NCBI GenBank assembly: GCA_964016885.1
Contig: OZ024741.1
Span: forward strand, 142,972,001 to 143,036,000
Direction of reading: 5' to 3'
DNA from: Eledone cirrhosa
Taxonomy: Eukaryota
DNA: 64,000 nt
Positions 1 through 11,204 of this stretch are shown piece by piece. Position numbers and translations under genes: made by a program. The notes beneath the pieces are model-generated. The model was not told the DNA's origin and searched no databases. It saw nothing but the letters and a program-made list of their open reading frames with translations. Each line of letters opens with the position of its first letter. The stretch's first letter is position 1.

Positions 1-230
1 TGACATTGCCATGTTTATTCAGCCATTATTTATGATTATCAACTATTATCATATTTATCTGCATTATGGCAACTATATTTTCAAATTTTAAATTTCCCAC
101 TGCTTTGTATATCAATCAGCTCTTGTTAATTATTCTTGTTAATTCCTCCATTTGTTTGTAAAATGTTGTCATGGCTATTACATCTTGCCATTGTGGTCAG
201 TTATATTCTTTTTTGGTTATCTATTTACAG

Positions 231-331
231 TAGACATCATAGCAGTACTGGATCAAGAGAGGTTATACAACGAATTGGTGCGGGATATGCCTGACTTTGT
301 GAAAGTTATCCTTCTTCCGAAATCTGGAGGG
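231..331 (+). CDS. CLP1: CLP1 polynucleotide 5'-kinase, internal exon (gene starts upstream of the window)
   Basis: tttacag acceptor at 229-230 and GTATGG donor at 332. Encodes (V)[33 protein letters not shown], matching the conserved CLP1 [11 protein letters not shown]...LPKSGGV segment. Confidence 0.95.
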
Positions 332-919
332 GTATGGAATCAAGAACTCTTTCCCCTACCCCTTACCTCAACTTTGGTCTAAAATAAACTATTGGCATTT
401 TTTCTAAACAAAGGGTTGGGAGGACCCTTCACTTATGTTAAGGGTGTAACAAATTCCTTAGTGTTGGTGATCTACACGCTAAGCATATCCAGTACACACT
501 ATAAAGTGGTTGGTGATAGAAGGGCATCCAACCATAGAAAGCTTGGGAGGACTTTTCATTTGTGTTAAAGACATGACAACCTCTCTAGTGCTGGTGCCAT
601 TATACAAATGCACTCGGTAGAATGTGCAACCATATGTGAGATGCAAATCCCCTGGCCTGTCTGTGAGGTCGGTAACCCAACTTCACTACTGACTTCGTCT
701 GTGAAGAACTGTCCGATCCCTGCTAGCGGGTAAAGTAGATGTTAAATGGTAACAATGATGATGATGTGTTATTAGAAATGCTGGCATTCAAGTTTAGCTA
801 GTTTGTTAAAAGTAAAGGGTTTAAATTCTTGCTGGGACCATATTCAAGTATTTATAGATCTTTGGTTCAAGTACCATCACTCTGTTTTAACCCTTCGTTC
901 TCCTACACTTACTCATCAA

Positions 920-1036
920 CATCATTCAACTGCAGTTGGGGATCCAGGCAGATGGTTGCTTCTGACATAACCTGCTGGAAGAAGTGTTTGAGGACTCAGC
1001 CACGACCCTCGCAGGAATAAGTGGATGAAGAAGAAG
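920..1036 (+). mobile_element. 3' end of an RTE-clade LINE (family C, GAA-type tail)
   Basis: Encodes ..VASDITCWKKCLRTQPRPSQE* followed by gatgaagaagaag; homologous to the minus-strand piece at 38312-38750. Confidence 0.6.
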
Positions 1037-1260
1037 GGTGTACACCACTGCTTTTCACACATCTGATGCACCTCTCCTATCCAACCCATGCATATATACA
1101 TGGAAAGCTGGACATGCTCCACACCTGCTCTCTCACAGTGTTGGTGCCATGACAAAGAGCAGCTAGTCCACCTTGTACTGTGATAGTACTAGTCCCACAA
1201 CAAGAAAAGCACCCAGTCCACCATGAAAGGTTGTTGTGTTGGTTATATATATATATATAT

Positions 1261-1720
1261 GTCAACTCTGGATGTCGGTGAGCATGTCCAGCTAACCTCG
1301 GTCTCCTCTGTGTCACTTTTGAGCTGACTTTTGGGATGCTCCCATACAGCTCTGAGTTTTTCATCCTCAGTGTATACTGATTAATGTTCAGAGCTATCCT
1401 CAGCATTCTCGTGTAGCACCCATCCACCATCTGAGTGAGTTTCTTGGTCAGTGTCCAAGTCTCAGACCCATACAGCAGCACAGACTCCTCTACAGCAATG
1501 AAGAGGTGGACTTTCAGGTCCATGTATCGGCTCCTTTGGGAGCCGCTACATGGACACTAGAAGAGGAAGACCAAGGTTAACGTATGTTGATGCCCTAAGG
1601 ACAGACACTGGTCTGTTGGAGACGCAGGACATGGCAGCGATAATGAGGGACAGAGACCACTGGAGAGAACTCGTCCATAGATCTCGGGGAATTTTACCCG
1701 CCTTAGATAGATAGATAGAT
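1261..1720. mobile_element. 5'-truncated RTE-group LINE with inverted 5' segment, in a CLP1 intron
   Basis: 1523->1261 (minus) encodes DLKVHLF...LLYGSETWTLTKKL...DGCYTRMLRIALN...RLAGHAHRHPELT. 1525->1703 (plus) encodes the continuation RLLWEPLHGH/RRGRPRLTYVDALRTDTG...RDRDHWRELV (one frameshift), then a (TAGA)n tail. (TA)n on both flanks. Confidence 0.85.
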
Positions 1721-1772
1721 ATATATATATAACTGTGTTTGTGAAAATATATCTTTACAAATGTTGTTTCAG

Positions 1773-1911
1773 GTTGTTGAGAGAAATGCTCACAGCAGGA
1801 CAGAAAGCCGTGACAGTAAAATTCGTGAATATTTCTATGGAATCAGAAATACTTACTTTCCACATTCCTTTGAGGTAAAGTTCACTGATGTGAAAATATA
1901 CAAAATAGGCG
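1773..1911 (+). CDS. CLP1: CLP1 internal exon
   Basis: tttcag acceptor and GTGAGT donor; phase 0 in, 1 out. Encodes [46 protein letters not shown] (CLP1 IREYFYG motif). Confidence 0.96.
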
Positions 1912-3474
1912 GTGAGTACTCTCTTAGTTATTCAATATATCAGTTGATCAGTTAGCTCTGCTTTTGCATTTGTTATTGCTGTTGTTTAACCCCAGGTCAA
2001 TGAATGAGCAGATCTACGATCAAAAAATTGCTATGACCATCCAAACTTTTTACCTAACATTGAATCTATCCTATTATTCTTATTTTTTTAATTGTTATGT
2101 GTATTCTGTTTAGAATAGGGAATAGGTATGCTGTTTCACTGCATGTCGTAAGAAGGGCGCCTGGCTCTAAAACATTGCCTCAAAAAGTGCCATCCAACCC
2201 ATGCCAGCAAGGAAAAGTTGACACTAAAACAATGATGATGCCAAGTGTGTTGAAAGCTAATCTCACAAGTTTGTTGAAAGCTAATTCTCATAAAGGAGAT
2301 GGCAAAGGACTACAACCGGTGACAAGACACTGTAGAGCATCTGGTTGTAAACATTGCCTTAAAAAATCCAGTCCTACCCAAGCCAATGTAAAAAACAATG
2401 AAGACACCCAATTTGTTGAAAACTAATCTCACAAGACTGACCTTGACAAAGGAAATGACAAAAGACTGCAACCAGTGGCAAGACTCTGTAGAGCAACATT
2501 ACATGGCACAGCACAACCTCATCGGAGTGTATATAAAAGCAGCCATCTCAGTAGCAGTGAGAATGCCAGACAGTTATTTTGGGATTTCTATCTGTCATCG
2601 GTGACATTTACCCACTTGTTACTGAGATGAGAATAGGCTAAAGACTATATATTTTTTGTGTATGAAACATTGGCTAGAGATGTTCAATTTTATATAGGGC
2701 AAATAAAACATCAACTGGAGATGCTCATTTATTTATAGGGGGAACTTGACTGGTTAGCGGTAATTAGAATTCGTAGACAAGTTGAAACAATGTAGAGTTA
2801 AGAAGATCCCTTAGTCTGACCCAAGAAACATAATAATCTCTCTAGTGTTGGTTCCTTTGTATATAATGAACCTAGTTCACTCTGTTAAGTGGTTGGTGTT
2901 AAGAAGGGCAGCCAGCCATAGAAACCATGCCAAATATGGAACTTATGATCAGGATGTGGTCCTCCAACCAATTTAGTTGAGAACTTAAAACTAACTACTT
3001 GGCAGAATATACTGCATGCCTCTTATCGTTGCACCAGTACTAGAGACATCTTGTCCTTGTAAAGATTGAAGAGTCCTCTCTAGAGTCATTCTGTGGTCTC
3101 AATTTGATCACCAACCACTTTACAGAGTGTATTGGATGCATTTTATAATGTCAACACTAAAATAATGATTTTTATTGTTTAGCAGGATGATCACATCTGA
3201 AACACCTAAGTCAAAGTCTGTTAAATCATGGCTGACCTAGGGTTGAACAACAATCAACAGTTTTTGAGCTATAGGTCTTCTCAAACAGCAACAAGTTGTA
3301 AAATATTAATCTCACAACTCTGTGTGTTTTGTTATGAGACATTTACTCCCTTTTTTTCTGTCTCCCTCTTTTTATCTATCTTTCCTTCATCATTGCTATC
3401 ACTCTATTTCTCTCTTTCCCCATCCCTCACCCTCTGTACTGTCTTTAATTATTTCTCTCTCTCTCTGTGTTTAG

Positions 3475-3555
3475 GGCCACATTTGCCTGATTCCTGTTTG
3501 CCATTAGGAATGAAATCTCAAGACAGTAAAACAAAACTTGTTCCCGTACAGCCAG
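3475..3555 (+). CDS. CLP1: CLP1 internal exon
   Basis: Pyrimidine tract plus ttag acceptor, GTAAC donor; phase 1/1. Encodes GPHLPDSCLPLGMKSQDSKTKLVPVQP (PDSCLPLGM motif). Confidence 0.95.
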
Positions 3556-3670
3556 GTAACTTACTTTCACTCTCTTTCTCATTTATCATCATCATCATTT
3601 GTCTTCTAATTTGCATGGGTTAGCCTGTCATGAGACAAGTCAAGTCTGGTGACCAAGCCTTGTTATATGC

Positions 3671-3704
<34 letters not shown>

Positions 3705-3924
3705 AGCAGCAGCTGTTAGGGCAAGACGTGTTTTCTTGGGCTCTGCTAGAGTCAGCAGCAACACACAACCACGTGTTGCTACACACACACAAGAGGAAAG
3801 AGAAAATTTAAAATTTATGAGACCAATAGAGATATGTACATTTATATATTTATATCTAGATATTGCTATCATCATTTACAGTCCCTCTGTGTTTAATGTA
3901 TGTTCATTAGTATATGTGTTGTTA

Positions 3925-4226
3925 TTTCTGCTTGCATTTTGCATATATACATATATATATCTATATATATGCTTGCGTGGACCCCTCTCAAAAATTCGTT
4001 GGATTTTCTAATTGGATACCCCAACACTGGATACCAACACTGAATACACCTGAACTTCTACCAGGAAATCTTTCGTTGTCATTTCTGCTTGCATTTTACA
4101 TATATAGATATATATATCAATGGTTGCGTGGACCCCTCTTAAAGATTCGTTGGATTTTCTAATTGGATACCCCGAAACTGGATACCAATCACTGAATACA
4201 CCTGAACTTCTACCAAGAAATCTTTC
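3925..4226 (+). repeat. Tandem duplication, ~155-bp unit x2
   Basis: tttctgcttgcatttt...gcgtggacccctct...ctgaacttctacca.gaaatctttc occurs at ~3925 and ~4082 with few differences. Confidence 0.85.
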
Positions 4227-4479
4227 ATATCAGTGAAAATTTTCTTTTCTTTGCTTCATATATATTATATATACTTGGCCGCCATTGCAAAAGGCCATAA
4301 ATTCAAAATTTTGAAGAGAGAGGAAAAGAGAGAAGTGATCTATGAACTTGTAACATCTCACTGACCCCCCCCCCCCCCCGTCACCACAATAACAATAACG
4401 CCTACACTCGCTCCCCACCATCACCACATTACTCTAAGGTCGCTGTCCTGTCCCCTGTTGACATACTGCTGACTATCTT

Positions 4480-5092
4480 TTGATGTATGTATGTGTATAT
4501 ACATATGTGTATGTGTGTGTATGTGTATATCTCTGTGGATGCGACCAGATTTCAACACAGCAACAACTACAACAACAACAGCAGCAACACCAACAACAGC
4601 AACAACACCATCGTCTGTGTTGAATGTGTGTGTATGTATTTGTATATATGCGACAGCAATAACAGCATCAACACCATTGTCTGCAGCAACAGCAGCAGTG
4701 AAATGAAGGACAACAACAACAGTAACAACTACAATAACAACTACAGCACCAACAACTGTCACCACCATCACTGACCATCCACCACCACCACGCTGATACC
4801 ATCCACCACCACCACACTGACACCATCCACCACCGCCATTACCAGCGTAAACAAACAATTATTATTGTTATTGTTATTATATACAAGCCGAACTGGACTG
4901 GGAAAGGTCAACAGTTGACATGATAGTGATTTTGACGATTTTGACTTTGATTTTGTATCAGTACTCTCGGTAATATATGTATATATATATATGTGTTTGT
5001 GAGTTGTGTGTGTGATTGTATGCATGAATGAGTGTTGGTATGTGTGGTTGTGGTTTGTATGCATGAGTATTAGTGTGTGAGTCGTGTCAATA

Positions 5093-5125
<33 letters not shown>
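4480..5125. repeat. Compound simple-sequence region: (TG/TA)n, (CAA/CAG)n, (CAC)n and a ~31-nt poly-T
   Basis: Visible directly; accounts for the poly-N/T/V/G pseudo-ORFs. Confidence 0.9.
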
Positions 5126-5129
<4 letters not shown>

Positions 5130-8100
5130 GACCATGCTGTAAAATGGAGGGGTAGAGAGGGCCCTTGAGTCTAGTAAGACATCCTCTCTAGTGCTGGTGG
5201 CACAAATAAAAGCACCCAGTCCATGCTGTAAAGTGGCGCTGGTGTTAGGAAGGGCATCCAACCAGTGTATCAATGCCAAAAAGCTTATCAGCACAGCAAC
5301 AAAACAGCATAGAAAAATATGAAGACGTCGCATCTCAGAGTTGCAACACTTAATGTTGGCACTCTCAGAGGTAGATCTGCTGAAATAGCGGAGATGCTGG
5401 AGAGAAGGCAGGTGGATGTGTGCTGCGTGCAAGAGGTGAGATGGAGAGGTGCCTCTGCGAGACTAGTCGTAGGCAAGCGTCTTAGCTATAAGCTATTCTG
5501 GGTAGGTAAGGATGATGGGTTAGGGGGAGTAGGCATTTTCCTGGCTGAGAAATGGATCAATAAGACAATAGAGGTAGTTCGAGTTAGTAATCGAATAATT
5601 AAGCTTAGATTAGTTGTAGGTAGGAGACTACTGACAATCATCTTGGTCTATGCTCCCCAAGCAGGCCTAGGCAAAGATGAGAAAGACTGCTTTTATGAGC
5701 AACTTTTGCAAACAACCACAATGACAGAGGACGGAGACATCGTTATGCTAGCAGGAGACTTCAATGGTCATGTTGGACAGCTCCAGGATGGTTACACTGG
5801 GGTACATGGTGGGCATGGTTACGGTTCAAGAAATGAAGAAGGAGTGAGACTTCTTGAATTTTGTGATGCAAGTACATTGACTATTTGCAACACAAACTTC
5901 CAGAAACCTGCCAATCACCTAATAACCTACAAATCTGGTGAGCACATAAGCCAGATTGACTTCCTGCTAGTTAGGCAGCGGGACAGGCAGATAGTGTCTA
6001 ATACCAAGGCATACCCTGGGGAAGAATGTACCCCACAGCATAGGTTAGTTGTTAGTGATATCTCAGTAAGCAAGAGATGGAATGAGCCATATAGGAAGGT
6101 GTGGAGAAGAAAGGTCTGGAAGCTAAAAGACCTTTCACTAAAATTCAAATTTAGGAAAGCCCTTCAAGATGTATATGACGAAAAAAAAGACGATTTAGAG
6201 ACGTATGACATAGATAATAACTGGAAGTTCTTACGTGACAACTTGCTGAAGGCTACTGATGAAACCTGTGGCTGGAGCAGAGCTCCAACCAGACAGAGAG
6301 TGACCTGGTGGTGGAACAGCAGTGTAGATAAGGCTATTAGAGACAAAAGACTAGCATGGAAGGCTTGGAATAAGGGTGGGAGTAGGGAAGAATATACAGC
6401 CACTAAGAGAGAAGCTAGACGTCAGGTGTACTTAGCACGCAGGGAGGCAGAGAGTAGGAGGTTTGCCAATGTTCTGCGACGGGAAGATCAGAGGCGTGCG
6501 GTGTTCCACATTGCAAGGCAGTGTGTCAATGCAAATCAGGATGTTGTTGGTGATAAATGTGTCCGGGATGATGCCGGTGTACTTAGTGTCACGAATGACC
6601 AGAAAAAGGAGGCCTGGAAATGTCATTATGAGAGACTGATGAATGTGGAGAACGAATGGGAGAGAGAGAAATTACCCTTGGTAGATCCGACAGAGGGACC
6701 AGCTATTGAGATTGACGAATATAGGGTCCAAGAGGCGATTAGGGAAATGAAAAATGGTAAGGCGGCCGGACCATCGGGAATAGTTGCTGAGATGCTGAAG
6801 GCATCAGGGGACGTAGGCACTAAACTGGTTGCACGCATAATCAATCAGGCTATATATGGTGGTGTCATACCCAAAGACTGGTGCAGCAGTATTCTCATAA
6901 ATTGCTACAAAGGTAAAGGGGATGCTTTGGAGAGGAGCAATTATAGGGGTATAAAACTGATAGATCAGGTTATGAAAGTGGCAGAAAGGATTTTAGCACA
7001 ACTAATTAGAGAAAGGGTCAAACTAGATGAGATGCAGTTTGGTTTTGTGCCTGGGAAGAGTACAACAGATGCCCTCTTCTTGGTGAGACAAATGCAAGAG
7101 AGGTTCTTAGAGAAGAATAAGCCACTATACTTGGCCTTTGTTGACCTAGAGAAGGCCTTTGATAGGGTACCCCGATCTGTCATCTGGTGGTCCCTAAGGA
7201 AGCTGGGTGTTGAGGAATGGCTTGTAAGGACAGTGCAAACTTTGTACAGAGGTACTCTCAGTAAAGTCAGGGTAGGAATGGAGTTTAGTGAGGAATTCCA
7301 GATACAAGTAGGAGTACATCAGGGTTCGGTCCTCAGCCCGCTCTTGTTCATTATAGTCCTCCAAGCCATAACAGAGGAGTTTAAGACTGGCTGTCCATGG
7401 GAACTTCTCTATGCTGACGATCTGGCTCTTATGGCAGAATCAGTAGAGGAGCTAGAGAATAAATTCCGGCTATGGAAACAGCAGTTGGAAGCAAGAGGAC
7501 TGAGAGTAAATCTAGCTAAGACAAAAGTGTTGATGAGTAGAAAAGAGGACAAAACCCTGATTCCGTCAGGGAAATGGCCATGTTCGATATGCAGAAAAGG
7601 AACTGGCATAAATTCTATAAAATGCACACAATGTAGGTCCTGGGTACACAAGAGATGTAGCGGGATAGCAGGCAAACTAACAGGTAGGGAGAAATATGTA
7701 TGCAGTAGATGTACAGGGAAATTAGACAGTAGAAGTCGCACTGATAGACACATTTTTCAAATGCGAGAGGGCGCTATAGAAGTGGTGGATAGCTTCCGGT
7801 ACCTAGGAGATCAGATTAGCATGGGAGGAGGGTGTTCCGAGGCCATAGTATCTAGAATAAGGACGGGTTGGAAGAAGTTTAGGGAGCTGCTTCCTCTGTT
7901 GACGAAGAAGGGTTTCTCCCTGCGTACGAAAGGCCGGTTGTATGATGCCTGTGTGAGGAGCGCGATGCTGCATGGTAGTGAGACATGGGCAGCTACCGCA
8001 GAAGATATGCGAAGGCTGGAGAGAAATGAGGCAAGCATGCTCCGTTGGATGTGCAGTGTAAATGTGCGTGAACGACCCAGCATAAATGTGTTGAGAGAGA

Positions 8101-8410
8101 AACTGTGTCTGAGAGGGATAGAATGTAGTGTACGGGAGAGGAGACTGAGGTGGTATGGACATGTGATGCGCATGGAGGATGACCGATGGGTGAAGAAGTG
8201 CCAGGAAATGCCAGTTGAAGGAAGACGTAGTAGAGGTAGACCACGAAAAACATGGGCGGAGGTGGTGAGAACAGACCTCAGATCATTGAAGCTCACGGTG
8301 GAGATGACGAGGGACCGTGACGAGTGGAGAGATGCTGTGCTGAATAAGACCCGTCCCACCCTTGCAAGCAGGGAAAAGCGGACGTAAAATGATGATGATG
8401 ATGATGATGA
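5126..8410 (+). mobile_element. Apparently intact RTE-clade LINE (RTE-A), sense-oriented in a CLP1 intron
   Basis: ~190-nt 5' region, a single uninterrupted APE+RT ORF, and an (ATG)n tail at 8389-8410 directly after the stop. The 5' boundary is uncertain (preceded by poly-T). Confidence 0.93.
5319..8387 (+). CDS. RTE LINE ORF: AP-endonuclease + reverse transcriptase with an inserted PHD finger (1022 aa)
   Basis: APE motifs TLNVGTL, CVQE, YAP, GDFNGH, IDFLL, PQHRLV. RT motifs GKAAGPSG, NYRGIKL, QFGF, DLEKAFDRV, GVHQGSVLSP, YADD (7410-7421), FRYLG. RTE-type C-terminus RRLRWYGHVMR...RGRPRKTW. In-frame TAG at 5310-5312 precedes the ATG. Confidence 0.97.
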   Translation: MKTSHLRVATLNVGTLRGRSAEIAEMLERRQVDVCCVQEVRWRGASARLVVGKRLSYKLFWVGKDDGLGGVGIFLAEKWINKTIEVVRVSNRIIKLRLVVGRRLLTIILVYAPQAGLGKDEKDCFYEQLLQTTTMTEDGDIVMLAGDFNGHVGQLQDGYTGVHGGHGYGSRNEEGVRLLEFCDASTLTICNTNFQKPANHLITYKSGEHISQIDFLLVRQRDRQIVSNTKAYPGEECTPQHRLVVSDISVSKRWNEPYRKVWRRKVWKLKDLSLKFKFRKALQDVYDEKKDDLETYDIDNNWKFLRDNLLKATDETCGWSRAPTRQRVTWWWNSSVDKAIRDKRLAWKAWNKGGSREEYTATKREARRQVYLARREAESRRFANVLRREDQRRAVFHIARQCVNANQDVVGDKCVRDDAGVLSVTNDQKKEAWKCHYERLMNVENEWEREKLPLVDPTEGPAIEIDEYRVQEAIREMKNGKAAGPSGIVAEMLKASGDVGTKLVARIINQAIYGGVIPKDWCSSILINCYKGKGDALERSNYRGIKLIDQVMKVAERILAQLIRERVKLDEMQFGFVPGKSTTDALFLVRQMQERFLEKNKPLYLAFVDLEKAFDRVPRSVIWWSLRKLGVEEWLVRTVQTLYRGTLSKVRVGMEFSEEFQIQVGVHQGSVLSPLLFIIVLQAITEEFKTGCPWELLYADDLALMAESVEELENKFRLWKQQLEARGLRVNLAKTKVLMSRKEDKTLIPSGKWPCSICRKGTGINSIKCTQCRSWVHKRCSGIAGKLTGREKYVCSRCTGKLDSRSRTDRHIFQMREGAIEVVDSFRYLGDQISMGGGCSEAIVSRIRTGWKKFRELLPLLTKKGFSLRTKGRLYDACVRSAMLHGSETWAATAEDMRRLERNEASMLRWMCSVNVRERPSINVLREKLCLRGIECSVRERRLRWYGHVMRMEDDRWVKKCQEMPVEGRRSRGRPRKTWAEVVRTDLRSLKLTVEMTRDRDEWRDAVLNKTRPTLASREKRT

Positions 8411-8881
8411 TATATATATATATATATATATAGTCGATCAACAAGATCCCAGACTTCATTCGTTTAACGAGTGGGGTGGAGCTCGTCAAATCGGACCAAG
8501 GAAACAATGTTTCCATTGGTCTTTTCACTTGCTAATACTATCTGTCAGTCGCAACTCCAGGCAGAAGGAGCAACGTGAAAATAAAGTGTCTTGCTCAAGG
8601 ACATAATGCATCACCTGGTCTGGGAATCGAAATCACAACCTCACAATTGTGATCCAATTCTTTAACCACTCAGCCACTTGCCTTCATAATTTATATATAT
8701 ACACCTATAGTAACATTTCCAGTCCTCTTTCTTTTGAGCATCAGTGGTAAGTGCACTAGATCAGACATGAAATATTCCACATTGCAAGGCAGTGTGAATT
8801 GGGATGTTGTTGGGGGAAAGTGTGTTAGAAATGACTCTAGTACACTAGCGCCACTGATGAAATCTATGAAACTCTTTTCAG

Positions 8882-8972
8882 GTGTCAATTTGATGCATCA
8901 TGTTTTAAGCATGAGTGCTGCTACAAGTATAGAAAAGCTGGTTGAAGTGAATGTGCTGGGATTTGTAGTTGT
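8882..8972 (+). CDS. CLP1: CLP1 penultimate coding exon
   Basis: ctcttttcag acceptor and GTAAGT donor; phase 1/2. Encodes GVNLMHHVLSMSAATSIEKLVEVNVLGFVVV, aligning to the CLP1 HHLLSVS...GFIVV region. Confidence 0.93.
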
Positions 8973-10373
8973 GTAAGTATATATATATTTCCAGTTACTT
9001 TCATGTACAGAGTGTGTGTCATTTTAGCATGGAAATTCATGCATATAGATAAAAGGTTTAGTCTCATGGAAGGCTCTCCATTTCAGTTCATTACCAAGCC
9101 TCATTGAGACTATAGCTTAATCTATATTTGATCTGCAGTCTTCCCTGTCCTTGAACTGTGAACTCTTCACATACACACCTACTGTTTAACATCCATTTTT
9201 TTCTATCTTGTCAGACAAAAATATGTACTACAGTAATTATAGTGCTTATTAGATAATGAATTTGAGAATGTTTTTGTGAACTGTATTGTACACCAAATCA
9301 CATAATTAATAAAAGGGTGAGGGAAGGTGGAATTTGTTTCCTAACTGTACACATGCTACTCTATCAACTAGCACATCTTCATCTGTCACCTGTGAAGATC
9401 TAGAGTTGACTTTTACATGATACATAGAAAATTCCAAATTAGGCATGATTTTTACAGTGACGTGTCTCCTATCGCTAACCACCTTACAGAGTGTACCAGG
9501 TGCAGTTTTGTGACACCAACATTAAAGAGGTTGGTCATTGTCCCAACTGATGAGCCCTCAGGGAAGATTGATATGATGTTATAGGTGTATGTGATAAGGG
9601 GAAAGGATGACTGATAGTGTGTGGGAACGAGGTGTACAGGTGTGGTCAGTAGAGTGTGGAGGGGGAGGTAGTGATGGAGAAATAGCTAAGGGGTGGTAGT
9701 ACACAGTGAGTAGAAAGAGTAGCCTGCGAGGGTATCTAAGGGCTTGGGGGGGGGGCAGTTTAGGAGTACTACTAGAGGGTGCATAGATGGTGTGGGTGTG
9801 TGCAGTAATGGTGAGGACAGCTACTAGGGAATGTTAGTGAAAATAGGGACACAGGGATGGGTCAGGCCATATTGTATGCTGGTTGCTAGGTTTTCACCAT
9901 ATATATATATACGTTTATAAATATATATTAATGCAGTAGAGATTCCTGCGCAGTAAAGAAGGTTCAACCCCAAGCTTGGGCTGTTTCATCTTGTAATCTC
10001 TCCAAAATTATATACACACAATGAGCTTCCTTGCAGTTCCCTCTTCCAAATTTCGAAATTCATCCTCAAATCATTGTTTTAGTTGGGGCTATTATAGAAG
10101 ACAATATTTGAAGTGAGATTAAATCTGATTCAATTTATTACCCACAAACCCATGCTTCTAAGTCTCTCACTCGGTGAATTGGTTGAAAATGTAGCAGGGA
10201 GTGGTTTTGGAGGACTTTATTACTGCGATATGAAAATGTGTTATTAATATAACTTGAAAGAGTAAAATGTAATTGGGGAATGTTTTGTTTATGATTTATG
10301 GAATGTGTCTAAATTTACTTTTTTTAATTAGTATTTTACATTATTTTATATATTTATTGTTTTGATATTTCAG

Positions 10374-10485
10374 AACCAATGTTGATCTCGATCGTCAAGT
10401 GTTTACAGTACTGGCGCCAGCTCCTCGACCATTGCCCAAAACTTACCTACTACAGATGGATATACAATTCCTTGATATAAAATAA
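10374..10485 (+). CDS. CLP1: CLP1 last coding exon
   Basis: tatttcag acceptor. Encodes [36 protein letters not shown] then TAA (10483-10485), matching the CLP1 C-terminus. Too short to appear in the ORF track. Confidence 0.95.
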
Positions 10486-10588
10486 CCATGACAGATATTC
10501 CTTTTTTTTTTTTGAGAAGGACAATTATTTTTTTATCTGCCCCTCCCCCATGCAAATATTTCTACACATATTTATTTATAGTTTTAAA

Positions 10589-10594
10589 AATAAA
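10589..10594 (+). promoter_or_regulatory. Likely CLP1 polyadenylation signal AATAAA
   Basis: AATAAA ~105 nt after the stop, followed by GT/T-rich sequence (tgtttgtattgagtttttttt). Confidence 0.6.
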
Positions 10595-11204
10595 TATTTG
10601 AAAACAATGTTTGTATTGAGTTTTTTTTATTTTATTTTAATATAAAACTGTATTTATATTTGGTCTAAATAATCAGCCAATTAATGTTTGAAATGGGTAC
10701 AATCCAGTCCCATATTTTCCGTCTGTTCAATTTCACTCAAATGGATTAAAACTTGCCGACAGATGCTTCACAATGGCATGGAACTTGGGATAGGATTCAT
10801 CATCATCACCGTTTAACGTCTATTTTCCATGTTTGCATGGGTTAGACAGGTTGTCATATAAAATGTATCTCCAGAGATTGACTGATGAGTTGGGACTTTG
10901 TGTTTCATTTGTTTTTCTGTTGTCTTCCCTCATATTTTTTATTCATTGTATGATTTTAGCTACGCAGGACTTTTCTTTTTCAAATTTATGTTTTACTTTA
11001 TACCATGTTCCTCTGTTCTCTCTTTCTTTTCTCACTTACTCTCACTATCTCTGTTCATTGTGTTTGTCTATTTAGGACTTAACATCCAAACAGACGAAAT
11101 CTTTTTTTTTGTTTCTATATGCCTTATCTCTTTCACCTTCTCTTGTCACTTCATGTACACCCATGTTATGCTTAAACTCTGTCTTAGTGCTATGCCAGTC
11201 ATTG

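Noticed and set aside
4421-4858. Poly-N/T/V/G ORFs
   Set aside because: Translations of trinucleotide microsatellites.
5126-5270. Twister or HDV-like ribozyme in the RTE-A 5' region
   Set aside because: Position and a tagagagg/cctctcta hairpin are suggestive, but I could not find the twister core (GUCCCAAGC, GAGGG, UAA) or an HDV double pseudoknot.
7409-8359. Antisense ORFs over the LINE (also 55900-56472 over the CRE fragment)
   Set aside because: Shadow frames of the sense coding sequence with no recognisable motifs.
5080-8445. Target-site duplication for RTE-A (gtcgtgtcaataag vs gtcgatcaacaag)
   Set aside because: Too mismatched for a young element and separated from the ends by simple repeats.
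8854-8890. CTGATGA..GAAAC hammerhead-like motif at the CLP1 acceptor
   Set aside because: Stems I and II do not pair.
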